A stretch of 64,000 bases of DNA, from assembly GCA_023379025.1 (NCBI GenBank), contig JAMCTH010000003.1, positions 103,362 to 167,361 on the forward strand, in the 5' to 3' direction. This document shows, in pieces, positions 8,802 through 18,543 of the stretch; positions within the stretch are counted from its first letter, which is position 1, and each line of letters opens with the position of its first letter. Below the pieces are notes generated by a model. That model did no database searches, was not told the origin of the DNA, and worked only from the letters and a program-made list of their open reading frames with translations. Source of the stretch: Patescibacteria group bacterium (GTDB lineage: Bacteria > Patescibacteriota > Microgenomatia > UBA10105 > UBA927). The position numbers and the translations under genes are program-made.

Positions 8802-11800
8802 TTAACTGCTTTCTACAACTGCTATTTCTTCCGTCGTTAGGCCGTAGAGTTTATAAACCAATTGGTCAATTTGCTTTTCGTATTCGATAACCTGTGATTG
8901 CTTAATGGAGTTTCGTAGATAATCCCTGTCTGTGGTAATGACTAGGATTTTATTGACCATACTGACAATCTTTTCTATGTTTATTTTATTTGTATTCTTA
9001 ATTGGGAAAAGTTCAATTTTATATTTTTTCCAACGGCTTGTGCCCATACCCGAACTTGTTGATATTTGCTCAAAATACCAGAGCCCAAGTTTTGAGTTTA
9101 AAATTCCTAGTAAATACTTAAGATTGTCACCCACCATAGCAAAGAGAGTCGCTTCGGCAATAAACCCTTTGTCATCATAAGTAAATTTTGGTTTATCAGA
9201 TAACTCTCCCCAAATAATTTTTGGTTTCTCAAATTCTTCAAAATAAACACAATTTCTAAGATTAGTCCAATGTGAGCCCTTATTGTGTCTAATTTCTAAT
9301 TTATCCCTGTACTGCGCTAAATGTTTATAAATTGCAGGGTAATTTTTCGCCACATCAATTCTTGGAAGCTTGCCTTTTATTCCGTTATGGCTATTTATTA
9401 GCCAGAGGTCTTGCCATTCATAATAATATTTTCCGACATCACGACCCCTCAACATTGGCTTAATTATTTCTGCACTTTTTGGGTCTACTTTAGTCAGTTT
9501 GTTTTTTGTCTCGGTGCTAATTACGAAAGCATCATTATAACCATTTAGAATACCTATATAAATTCGCTGGTTTAGTTGCTTTAGTGGGGTAGAATCTTTT
9601 TCTAGCTTTGCTCTAAGTGAAGCTGTTTCTAAATTGCTTATTATCCATCCGTTGTCATCAAGATTATCAAGAGTCACATAGTTATTGCTGAAATAACTAC
9701 TAATATCTACGTACCGGTTCGAGGTTAAATTAAAACTAAGTGCTCTAAGTTTATTTTGGAATACACTTTTTTCGAGGACAATTACATTACTCTCTACAAT
9801 AGCTGTATCGAATACTTGAGAATTCTCGAAATCAATTAGGATTAAAGGGTTGGTGTTTTCTTTAAAGTATTTTCTCAATAACGCACCATACTTTGTTTTC
9901 ATCCATGAGTTCGAACTGATATAAGAAAGTGTCCCCATATTTTTTAAAAGATTTACCCCTTTTTCATAAAACACACAATAAACGTCCGAAGATTTCGAAT
10001 AAGTCTTAAAATCCAACTTTGATAACTCTTGACTTACTTTTTTATTCTTTTGTAACTGAAAATAGGGTGGGTTAGCTATGACTACATCAAAACCACCGTT
10101 CTTTTCAAACACTTCGCTAAAATTAAGTTTCCAAAGGAAAAATGGCTTGATGTTTGCTTTTTTGAAGCGCTCGATTTCCGGCAAGAGAGATAATTTTTTC
10201 TGCTCCTTAACAGATGCCTCAATCAAATCCCAAGTTAAGTTTTCAATTTCTCTCTTGATTTCGTCTTTCTCAGTTTTGTGCGCAGTCTTAAAGAATTGAG
10301 CTTTGAGTTCTTGTAGTTGCTTGGTAATTCTCTCTGCCTCTGAGATAAGATCAAAGAAGTGTTGTTGTTCTAATTTTGCTTCGGACTCAAAAAGCTTAAT
10401 ACCCTCGTATTCCTCGAGTAAGCTATTGCCCTGCATAATTTTATAATCAAGGTTTGGCAGGGGTTTAATTTGCTTGATATCCTGCTCATCAACAATTAAA
10501 GAAAGCCACAAACGAAGTTTGGCTATTTCCACAGCTCCGGGGTCTATATCTACCCCGTACAGGCAGTTTTGAATGGCGTGGCGCTTGAAGTCATAGATAC
10601 TGCGGCCGTTATCCGATAGGTAATTGGTGAGGATGTTGCGAACTCTAATTACTTCGGTCATCATGCCGACCAAAAAGGCACCGGACCCAACCGCAGGATC
10701 GCAAACATGGATTTTTTCTAATTTTTCATCAAGAAGGTGTGCGTTGTCGCGAATACTTTGTGGAAGTCTAAAGTGATAGTCTTTTGTTTCCCGACCTTCA
10801 TTTATAACCCGTGCTTCGTGCTCAATGGCTGTTTCCCCTAAGCGGATGAGGGTTTCGATATCATCCCGTCTAACTTTGCCGTCTAATTCTGTGAGTAGAT
10901 AGTTAATTAAACTTTCCTGACACATATAGTGGACAATCTCACGCGGGGTGTAGTAAGTGCCTTTGGATTTGCGGTCTTTAACTTCCAAAAGGTTCTCAAA
11001 AACCTTTCCCAGCATCTCCGGATCAACGGCCACCTCACGCTCAAGCGGCTCATCTTCCTTAACCGTGAAGTTGTAGCGGTCAAAAACATCTAAAATCCCG
11101 TCTCCGGTGTCGCCCTCTTTGGTTTTCCTATTATTCGAAAAAAGCTCATCGGGTAAGCGAATATCGGTGTGCACCCAGTCATAGTTTCCAAGGGGATCAA
11201 AAAGTCCTCCGTTTAAGAAGGGAATTTTGCAGTTAAATTTGCTATAAAAATCATCTGTACGCTCAACGGCTAAGGCTTCGTAAAAAAGAGGTTCCAGGGT
11301 GTCGTTGAAGAAATTATCGTAAGGAGCTATCGTTTTTTCAAAAAGCCGGCGTAAAAAGTCTTTTGGACCCGTACCCCAAACGGCATCTCTGGCAACCCCA
11401 AACCAGCCCTTTTTTTGTAAAAAGTAAAGGAAAACAATCTGACCAAGAAGCTTTTTAGCAAAGTCGGTGGTGTCGATATTTTTCTCTTGGAAGTCAGATT
11501 TTATCTTGGCGTCTTTGGCAACCATCGCGTCGAGCGCCTCTTTGGTATCCAAAAACAGCTTTTTATACTTTTCAAAGAAGTCTTTGGTAACAACCTCAAC
11601 GCTGAAAGCTGACTCAAGATCACTAAGAGCGGGTTTAAAGTCCGTGTCTTTGAGAATTGGCAGAAGTTGTCTTTGAGCGGTGTGAGTGTTTTCGTTGGCG
11701 CCAACTAAAAAAGAAAAACGGCGAGCCGGGGTAAGCTCGGTTATGGCCTTTATCTTTCCGGCTTTTGACTCTCCCAAGTGATAATCCATCTTTACTAAGG

Positions 11801-12176
11801 AGAGCCGCCAATCGTCAGAGTCTTTGGTATAAAAAGCCACAAGCGCGGCGTCTTTGGCGATACCGCCTCGACTGCCGTTTAAGTACCAAGCAATAAAGTT
11901 TCTTTGCATGGTACGCGCCCGCTCTAAAGCGCTTTGTTTATTTAAACAAACTGCTAAGACTTCAATTTTATGGCCGTCAACGTCCTCATACTTACCCAGA
12001 CGTTCAAGCGTTTTTATATGTGAGTCGTAGGCGTCGGGTATGAGATTGCCTCGATAGATAAAAGTATCGGTATCTAGGAAGTGAAAGAGGTTTTTGGCAA
12101 AGATTAAAAAACGCTCCCTATCGAAGGGATTTTCAAAAGTGCTCTTAATCAGATTTAATGCCCACGTTTCATTCAT
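8802..12176 (-). CDS. Eco57I/type IIG-like N6-adenine DNA methyltransferase with TaqI-C-like specificity domain
   Basis: IPFLNGGLF, GTYYTPREIV, DPAVGSGAF, GVDID, NPPY, C-terminal PKIIW..LLGILNS. Confidence 0.92.
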   Translation of the reverse strand: MNETWALNLIKSTFENPFDRERFLIFAKNLFHFLDTDTFIYRGNLIPDAYDSHIKTLERLGKYEDVDGHKIEVLAVCLNKQSALERARTMQRNFIAWYLNGSRGGIAKDAALVAFYTKDSDDWRLSLVKMDYHLGESKAGKIKAITELTPARRFSFLVGANENTHTAQRQLLPILKDTDFKPALSDLESAFSVEVVTKDFFEKYKKLFLDTKEALDAMVAKDAKIKSDFQEKNIDTTDFAKKLLGQIVFLYFLQKKGWFGVARDAVWGTGPKDFLRRLFEKTIAPYDNFFNDTLEPLFYEALAVERTDDFYSKFNCKIPFLNGGLFDPLGNYDWVHTDIRLPDELFSNNRKTKEGDTGDGILDVFDRYNFTVKEDEPLEREVAVDPEMLGKVFENLLEVKDRKSKGTYYTPREIVHYMCQESLINYLLTELDGKVRRDDIETLIRLGETAIEHEARVINEGRETKDYHFRLPQSIRDNAHLLDEKLEKIHVCDPAVGSGAFLVGMMTEVIRVRNILTNYLSDNGRSIYDFKRHAIQNCLYGVDIDPGAVEIAKLRLWLSLIVDEQDIKQIKPLPNLDYKIMQGNSLLEEYEGIKLFESEAKLEQQHFFDLISEAERITKQLQELKAQFFKTAHKTEKDEIKREIENLTWDLIEASVKEQKKLSLLPEIERFKKANIKPFFLWKLNFSEVFEKNGGFDVVIANPPYFQLQKNKKVSQELSKLDFKTYSKSSDVYCVFYEKGVNLLKNMGTLSYISSNSWMKTKYGALLRKYFKENTNPLILIDFENSQVFDTAIVESNVIVLEKSVFQNKLRALSFNLTSNRYVDISSYFSNNYVTLDNLDDNGWIISNLETASLRAKLEKDSTPLKQLNQRIYIGILNGYNDAFVISTETKNKLTKVDPKSAEIIKPMLRGRDVGKYYYEWQDLWLINSHNGIKGKLPRIDVAKNYPAIYKHLAQYRDKLEIRHNKGSHWTNLRNCVYFEEFEKPKIIWGELSDKPKFTYDDKGFIAEATLFAMVGDNLKYLLGILNSKLGLWYFEQISTSSGMGTSRWKKYKIELFPIKNTNKINIEKIVSMVNKILVITTDRDYLRNSIKQSQVIEYEKQIDQLVYKLYGLTTEEIAVVESS

Positions 12177-13005
12177 GGATGTCTTCCTCCAATAACTCAA
12201 TGCGCGTAGCGCGCATCAACGACCTCATTTGATCGATCGCTACCTGATTAAGTGAAGCTAACCGTTTATTTTGCGGCAGCCCCTCTTTTATTAAAAGAGC
12301 ATTCAATGATTCCAAATTTGTCAGACAAACAAGTTGCGCGGCAGTTGCATAATCACGAATATTTCCCGGTTTATGTGGATTGGTATCCCGCCACTCGGTA
12401 GCGGTTATGCCGAATAAAGCTTTGTTGAGCACGTCTGCTTCGCTGGCATAGATAAAATTTATTTGCTGTTGAGAGAGTACCGGAGGGATCAAATGAGCTT
12501 TTACAGCGTCTGTGTGTATTCTGTAATTGATTGCCGCTAAATTCCGTTTCAAATCCCAACCCAATTTTTTCTGCTCGATTTCTTCTTCCTTAAGTCTCTG
12601 AAATTCTTTAATGAGATAGATTTTAAATTCGGGGCTAATCCACATGCCAAATTCAAAAGCGATGTCTTTGTGAGCGTATGTGCCGCCATATCTTCCCGCC
12701 CTTGCTTTCAACCCGATAGCATTTGTTTTTCGAACCCAATCTTTGACGCTGATTTTGTAACTGTTTAGACCAGCCTGGCTTCTAATTATGGCGAATTCGC
12801 CATAATTAAACTGAGGATTATTAATCCGCTCCCAAATGCCCAAAAAATCAACGGTGTTCCTGTTTCTGAGCCAATCTGAAATGAAAAAGTCCCCGTCTTT
12901 GGCTTTAAGCATATCAGTGAGTGAAATATAGTCGCCCTCTTTTGTTTGGAATAAGGTTATTTGTCTGCCCTTGACCGTTAATTGTTTTGAACTAGATTTT
13001 TTCAT
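12169..13005 (-). CDS. KilA-N domain DNA-binding protein
   Basis: YISLTDM, WLRNRNT, GRYGGTYAHKDIAFEF. Confidence 0.92.
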   Translation of the reverse strand: MKKSSSKQLTVKGRQITLFQTKEGDYISLTDMLKAKDGDFFISDWLRNRNTVDFLGIWERINNPQFNYGEFAIIRSQAGLNSYKISVKDWVRKTNAIGLKARAGRYGGTYAHKDIAFEFGMWISPEFKIYLIKEFQRLKEEEIEQKKLGWDLKRNLAAINYRIHTDAVKAHLIPPVLSQQQINFIYASEADVLNKALFGITATEWRDTNPHKPGNIRDYATAAQLVCLTNLESLNALLIKEGLPQNKRLASLNQVAIDQMRSLMRATRIELLEEDIHE

Positions 13006-16000
13006 ATAAATATTCGGATAAAATGACTTCTCTTGGTCCGGCAACTTGTGCCGAACTTTCAGCCAATGTTTCTTTGAAAAACTCGCTTGGAATACCAAGT
13101 TTCAAAAGCGACAGCAATTTAAGCGGATTTTTATCTTTCTTGTATAGCTCGTCAAGATTTTTGATTAGTCTTTTGGTTGTGGACTTAGGCAAGGCGCCTT
13201 CTTCCAGACGAGCCATAACATTACGAAGGTAGAGCTCATCTTCTTCGGTATAGCCCTTGAAGTCTTTGACTTCCCGGGCCTTGAGAATGTTAAGAAGCTG
13301 GGCGCTGGTGTCACGGCCTCGTTTACCCTTAACTTCTTGGGCTTCTTCGGTTGTGGCCAAAACAAACGCCTGTTTATTTTTCGAAAGCAGTTTATAAAAA
13401 TCTTCTCCTACCGGTTCCCGTCCGGCTTCTTTGGCAACTTCCAGTTTTTGCGCGGCTGAAATAAAGTCAAGCTCCATCGAATCACCACTGGCAACAGCGA
13501 AGAATTTTTGCAGTTTGCCTTTTCTGAAATAAGTAAGTAAAGAATTGGTTTTATCGTCATCCTTATCAATTCTTGCGGTGCGGGCTTTTTTAGGCAGTCT
13601 TTTGATTTTTTCAAATAAGTCCGGGTTAGTATCCCTAATATCGCGAATGATTGAGAGGTATTTAAGATCGCTTTCTTCTTCCTCGTCCTCACCGGTAATA
13701 ACTTCTTTGGAAGTTAAGCGAATCCAAAGGTCGTGCGACTTAATTTCCTCGCCTTCGGTGAGAAGCCTGGCGTCTGCCCCAAGAAGTTCTATAAAAGCTT
13801 CGATTTTAGCTTCGGCCGCCTCTTTGAGTTTAATTTGGTCGTTTGACTGTTTAGTAGGGAAGAAATTAAACGTATATATTTTGTCAAAGGGAGTATCAAC
13901 GCGGTTAATGCGGCCTGTTCTTTGCATTAAACGGGTAGGATTCCAGGGAATGTCATAATTGATAACCACGTTGGACTGGTGAAGGTTGACGCCTTCTGAA
14001 AGTACCTCGGTGGTGACTAGAATCCGGTAATCGTCTTTGGGGAATCGGGCTCCCGCGTCAAAGTTCTCAATCACTTTCTCGCGCACGCTGGCTCCGGAGC
14101 TTCCATGAAACGAGAGCACTTGTTCGGGGAATTTAGTACTTAGGTTTTTCTCAAGGTATTGGGCGGTTTCTTTAGATTCGGTAAAAATAATAAGTTTACT
14201 CTCACCCAAAATTTTACGAGATAAGAGGATGTCTATAAATTTGGCCAGTTTAGGGTCCCCACTGACACGGCGCCAAAGCTTGGTGATATCTCTTAAAATG
14301 GCCAGGTCGTTTTCGAGATCAACTTTGAAAGAGTCTTCAAAGTCTTCTGATTTATAACGCTGGGCCATATCTTCATCTACCAGCCTTTGTATCGCGGCTT
14401 CGTCGTCCTGCTCCAAAAGCTCGAAGATTTTATTGATATGCTTTTTACTGACATAAACATTGCCTTTTTCAAACTCATCTAAAAACCGCTCGTATGAAGC
14501 GATAAACCTATCAAGCGTATTTCTGAACGCAAAGAAGCTACTTTCCAAGCGTTTAACCAAAAGGATTTTCATAAACTTACCCATGTTCTTCTGACCTTGT
14601 TTGTCTGCTTGAGATACGTCGCCTTTGTAGTAGGTAAGGGGCATGTAACGGGCGTATTTGAATTTTTGTGTTATAGACTCGATAGTTGTGGTAAAAATCG
14701 CATCTTCTTCTTTATCGAGCTGGTATAAAATCGGCTCCGGATCTGCGACATCGGGAAATTTGAGGTTTTGCTTTTCCAGGTCTTTACTAAAATAATTGAT
14801 AATTTCACTGCGGGTACGCCTAACCATCAGATATTTAAGGACTTTTTCTCTTATTTCCTTGGCATTATCACGAACGGTGTCGAGATACTCGGCGCGGTTT
14901 CGCTGACGGTCCAAGCCCTTAAGTCTTTTTTCCAGACTTGAGAAGAAGATTTCCAAGTTGGGAAGGTTAGGAATGGTACTTTTCTTGGGTTTTTGAAATA
15001 GCTTGATTTGGCTCAAGATATCTTTCGGCGAATTGTTATAAGGGGTAGCCGTAACTAAAATTACCCTTTTACCACGAGTAATCTGCGCTAGCTTCTCATA
15101 AGTAATGTTATCCTCGGTTCTGAAGCGGTGAGCCTCATCTACAAACACATTGCTGTATTTATCCGTGCCTCTTTCAATTAACTTTTCCAGCTTTCCCAGA
15201 GATTCAAAGTCGGCGGAGACTTTAAAGTCGGAAAAAACATTCGGCCAAGAGCCCGGATTGTTCTCATCCAAAAGAACCGGCGGCGCTATGACCAAGTTTC
15301 TGCCGTCGAGCTGGTTGGCCAGCATAGCGGCAATATAGGTTTTACCCAAACCCACAACGTCGGAGATGAAAACACCGCCGTATTCATCTAGGATTTTTTT
15401 AGCGTTGAGAACTGCTTGCTCCTGATATTCAAGTTTTTTGAATTTAACGGGGGTGTACTTGTAAAAAACGTCTCCGGTTTGACTGATCTGATCTTTGAAA
15501 TACTCATAAAGGAATTTGAGGTAAAGCTCATAGGGGGTGATGGTGTTATTCAGCCAAGTTTTGTTATTGACCGTTTCGATGTATTTTTCGGAGACATCAA
15601 CGGCGTCTTTCCAAAGCTGGTTAAACTTATCTTGGGCAAATCGGTAATCGGACGCAGTTTTAAGCTCAACATTAAATTCAAGATTATCAACCAAGCCTTT
15701 TTGCGAGAAATTGCTTGAGCCGGTGATAACACGGCCAATGTCTCGGTCTCCTTCTTTGAAAGTGATGATATAGAGCTTGGCATGGATGTTGGCGGTAGGA
15801 TAGGCCCTTATTTCCAGCTTTCCGCTTTTTATCCATTCGATAAACCTAGTTACACCCTGTTCTATGCTCTCGGCGTCCTCGGATTCTTCCAGCTCGGAGG
15901 CAATGAGAGTTGAAAATTCCTCTTTGGCTTCGGCATGCGAGAAGGTGAGCGATAGTTGTTCTTCTGCGGCCTTGATATTCTCAAGCGTTTCGCGTCCGGT

Positions 16001-16189
16001 GCCGATTCCTATTAAAATGCGGATTTTCTCGGTTTTCTCAAGAACCGGATAGAGCTTGTAAAACCCGCTGGTATAAAAATAGCCGACTAAACTATCGAAA
16101 AAACGAGCGTCTTTAATTAAAACCCTGAAGCGGTTTAAAAGGCTTATTTCTTTTTCGTTTGTTATAAACGTTAGGTCTGAAACTTGCAT
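12992..16189 (-). CDS. PLD nuclease-SNF2/SF2 helicase fusion
   Basis: HAKLYI..GSSNFS (PLD-like), DVVGLGKT, DEAH, TATP, SEGVNL, QRTGRINR. Confidence 0.92.
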   Translation of the reverse strand: MQVSDLTFITNEKEISLLNRFRVLIKDARFFDSLVGYFYTSGFYKLYPVLEKTEKIRILIGIGTGRETLENIKAAEEQLSLTFSHAEAKEEFSTLIASELEESEDAESIEQGVTRFIEWIKSGKLEIRAYPTANIHAKLYIITFKEGDRDIGRVITGSSNFSQKGLVDNLEFNVELKTASDYRFAQDKFNQLWKDAVDVSEKYIETVNNKTWLNNTITPYELYLKFLYEYFKDQISQTGDVFYKYTPVKFKKLEYQEQAVLNAKKILDEYGGVFISDVVGLGKTYIAAMLANQLDGRNLVIAPPVLLDENNPGSWPNVFSDFKVSADFESLGKLEKLIERGTDKYSNVFVDEAHRFRTEDNITYEKLAQITRGKRVILVTATPYNNSPKDILSQIKLFQKPKKSTIPNLPNLEIFFSSLEKRLKGLDRQRNRAEYLDTVRDNAKEIREKVLKYLMVRRTRSEIINYFSKDLEKQNLKFPDVADPEPILYQLDKEEDAIFTTTIESITQKFKYARYMPLTYYKGDVSQADKQGQKNMGKFMKILLVKRLESSFFAFRNTLDRFIASYERFLDEFEKGNVYVSKKHINKIFELLEQDDEAAIQRLVDEDMAQRYKSEDFEDSFKVDLENDLAILRDITKLWRRVSGDPKLAKFIDILLSRKILGESKLIIFTESKETAQYLEKNLSTKFPEQVLSFHGSSGASVREKVIENFDAGARFPKDDYRILVTTEVLSEGVNLHQSNVVINYDIPWNPTRLMQRTGRINRVDTPFDKIYTFNFFPTKQSNDQIKLKEAAEAKIEAFIELLGADARLLTEGEEIKSHDLWIRLTSKEVITGEDEEEESDLKYLSIIRDIRDTNPDLFEKIKRLPKKARTARIDKDDDKTNSLLTYFRKGKLQKFFAVASGDSMELDFISAAQKLEVAKEAGREPVGEDFYKLLSKNKQAFVLATTEEAQEVKGKRGRDTSAQLLNILKAREVKDFKGYTEEDELYLRNVMARLEEGALPKSTTKRLIKNLDELYKKDKNPLKLLSLLKLGIPSEFFKETLAESSAQVAGPREVILSEYLYEKI

Positions 16190-16237
16190 GAGCTGATTAT
16201 ACGTCTAAAACCCGATGAGGTCGAGAGGGTTTAGAGG

Positions 16238-16771
16238 CTATTTACTCCAAATACCACGCTTCTTTTTCTGTGCTTCTTCTTGAGCTTTCAGTAATTCATC
16301 CTGATACTTCAGCTTTCTCCGATCCTGATAGATAGTAACTTTCACTAAGCCTTGTTTCGCAAGCTCCACCACTACATTTTTCCCTTCGATAAACGGATAG
16401 GCAAGCACCCTGCCGAACCGGTCTGACGTGTAGGCGTCATATTCAAACGTGACGGTTTTTCCCTGAACGAGTTTGATCATCGCTTTCGTTGCATCTTCCT
16501 CGAACGGTTGCCCGGAATCCGGAGCATTCACCCCGACAAATCGGACGATCTGACCATTTGCTAACTCTATAGTGTCGCCATCTATAACTCGTTTGACCGT
16601 TTCCTTTGCTGGAAGGTTCCGGATAGTGGTTGTTGAGACATTGGGTTGTTCGAGTATTGTTTTTACCTGTTGTTCATACTTTGTCCCACCAAGAAAGGAT
16701 AACAGAGCAACGAGGAGTGTTGCCGGCACTAAGACCAGTTTGTTGGTGTTGTACTTCGATTTTGCATTCAT
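16238..16771 (-). CDS. Thermonuclease (SNase) with N-terminal membrane anchor
   Basis: RVIDGDTI, VRFVGVNAP, DRFGRVLAY, RGIW. Confidence 0.93.
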   Translation of the reverse strand: MNAKSKYNTNKLVLVPATLLVALLSFLGGTKYEQQVKTILEQPNVSTTTIRNLPAKETVKRVIDGDTIELANGQIVRFVGVNAPDSGQPFEEDATKAMIKLVQGKTVTFEYDAYTSDRFGRVLAYPFIEGKNVVVELAKQGLVKVTIYQDRRKLKYQDELLKAQEEAQKKKRGIWSK

Positions 16772-17049
16772 GGCGATTTGATAAGACTGGCAAACCGGAG
16801 TTTGTACAGGCTTTCCAGTAAATCAGATCCGGCGTATCCAGCCAAAAGTGACATCCGCCAATCGACGTTCATGATGAGTCCTGACATAAGACCGACGAGC
16901 ATGGATACCAAAATGGTGAATCCGAATTGCTTCCAGGAGAACTGAAATGTTTTGGGGTCAAACTCCTTGGCTTTAGTGATACCAACTAGTCCACGCACAA
17001 AGCCGCCAGTAGCACCGGCAATGGCCTGTCCAATAATAGTCCCGACCAT
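16768..17049 (-). CDS. Small multi-TM membrane protein (holin-like topology)
   Basis: Gly-rich TM helices, AGYAGSDLLE; SD upstream. Confidence 0.65.
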   Translation of the reverse strand: MVGTIIGQAIAGATGGFVRGLVGITKAKEFDPKTFQFSWKQFGFTILVSMLVGLMSGLIMNVDWRMSLLAGYAGSDLLESLYKLRFASLIKSP

Positions 17050-17071
17050 AATTTCCACCCCCTTTCTGTAG

Positions 17072-18316
17072 TTAAAACAGATAGACGGTTGCTTTTCCTT
17101 TACCTTCCATTTTCAGCATACCACGGGAAACAAGAGCAGATAAATAGTCGGTTGCCGTACTTTGTGAGATATGTAACAAATCACGCACCTGTTCGTTTGT
17201 AATTTTCTTTTTTTCCTGGGCAAACGAAAAGATTTTCGATATCGATTCTTCCCGTTTTTTCTTTTTCGCATCATTGCCTTTGACTGAATTTTCTTTCCTG
17301 CGCGCGTCAAACATGGCGGTTGCCTGTTTTTCGATTTCTTCTTGAGAAGGTTGGGGTGGTTGGGGTGATATGGGAGATACGGGAACATCCGGCTGTATGG
17401 GAGGAGTTACCGGCTGCGGTTGTATCACCGGTTCCGGTTGGATGGGTTGTGGCGAAGGTAGCGGTTTGTCCGTGTGTTGGGAGAGATATGGTGACGGATC
17501 AATATACCCCAGATATCCGTTATTTACATCCGGATTGTTTGGTTGCATCCCGAAATGAAGATGCGGTCCGGTCACAAACCCGGTAGCATCGGAAAGCCCG
17601 ATGGCTTGGGCTTTTGTGACGATATCGTTGACCAACACCCCGAAGGATTGCAGATGGCAATAGATACTCGATCCCCAGGAATGCTTGATGGTGATGGAAA
17701 TACCAAAATCCCCGTTGTCGCCAACTTGGGTAACTACCCCATCATCACATGCAAGAACGTCGGTCCCACTGGGTAATCCGAAATCCAAACCGTTATGTCC
17801 AACAATACCCCACTCCTGATATTTTTTCTTGATGGCCTCATTATCCGGTTGGCTCCCGAACCCAAACAAAACGGGAAATTCTGCGTAAAACGGATATGCA
17901 AGGACCGGAATTGCGGGTGGAGTTGGTTGATTTTGGGGCGCTGTAGTGCCCTGCACGGTTTGATTGTCCGGATTTTCCGGTTCAGTTACAGGAGACACAG
18001 TTTGAGCAGATGGAGTACTGATAGCTGGCACGGATGGAGTCGGACTGGGTACAGATGAAGGCTCTGGTGATGATGTGTCGGATGGTTGAGCCGGTGCTGG
18101 TGCGGGAACGTCAGTTGCCACTGGTTCCGGTTGGTCCGACGAGGGTTGATTTACTACTGAAGCTGGATTTGAAGGTGACGGCTGAACTGGTTGGGTATTG
18201 GCCGATTCGACACTGGATCCCGACAAGTCGGATGTCGGTTCCGGCCGATTGGGAACCTCGGACATTACACCGGTATTTGAGCCTGGATCTGGTGGAGAAA
18301 CCGGATCGTCTGCCAT
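17072..18316 (-). CDS. M23 peptidase with Pro-rich linkers and C-terminal winged-HTH
   Basis: HNGLD, YCHL, GPHLHF; C-terminal ITNEQVRDLLHISQSTATDYL. Confidence 0.85.
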   Translation of the reverse strand: MADDPVSPPDPGSNTGVMSEVPNRPEPTSDLSGSSVESANTQPVQPSPSNPASVVNQPSSDQPEPVATDVPAPAPAQPSDTSSPEPSSVPSPTPSVPAISTPSAQTVSPVTEPENPDNQTVQGTTAPQNQPTPPAIPVLAYPFYAEFPVLFGFGSQPDNEAIKKKYQEWGIVGHNGLDFGLPSGTDVLACDDGVVTQVGDNGDFGISITIKHSWGSSIYCHLQSFGVLVNDIVTKAQAIGLSDATGFVTGPHLHFGMQPNNPDVNNGYLGYIDPSPYLSQHTDKPLPSPQPIQPEPVIQPQPVTPPIQPDVPVSPISPQPPQPSQEEIEKQATAMFDARRKENSVKGNDAKKKKREESISKIFSFAQEKKKITNEQVRDLLHISQSTATDYLSALVSRGMLKMEGKGKATVYLF

Positions 18317-18371
18317 GATTCTAGAATACACCCCACCCTTCGCTAAAGCTACGGCGGGCAAGCAAAACAGG

Positions 18372-18543
18372 AATCGGCCAAAACCGGAGGCTGTACCGAC
18401 AAACGCCAACCGGCAATCGGCCAAAACGCCTGCCCGCTGCGCCTATCTACAAACACAATCGGCCAGAACGGTGGGTTCTGGCCGAATAGCAAAATCAGAC
18501 TCCGTGGGCAAGCTATGGCAGGCGGGGTGGGTTCTGGCCGATT
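18372..18543. repeat. Five copies of a 13-bp motif AATCGGCCARAAC
   Basis: Direct at 18372, 18415, 18457; inverted at 18475 (one mismatch) and 18531. Confidence 0.8.

Noticed and set aside
8802-16189. Complete DISARM or BREX system
   Set aside because: No DrmA/DrmB, PglZ or BrxC genes nearby.
16238-18316. Prophage lysis cassette
   Set aside because: No capsid, terminase, tail or integrase genes in the window.
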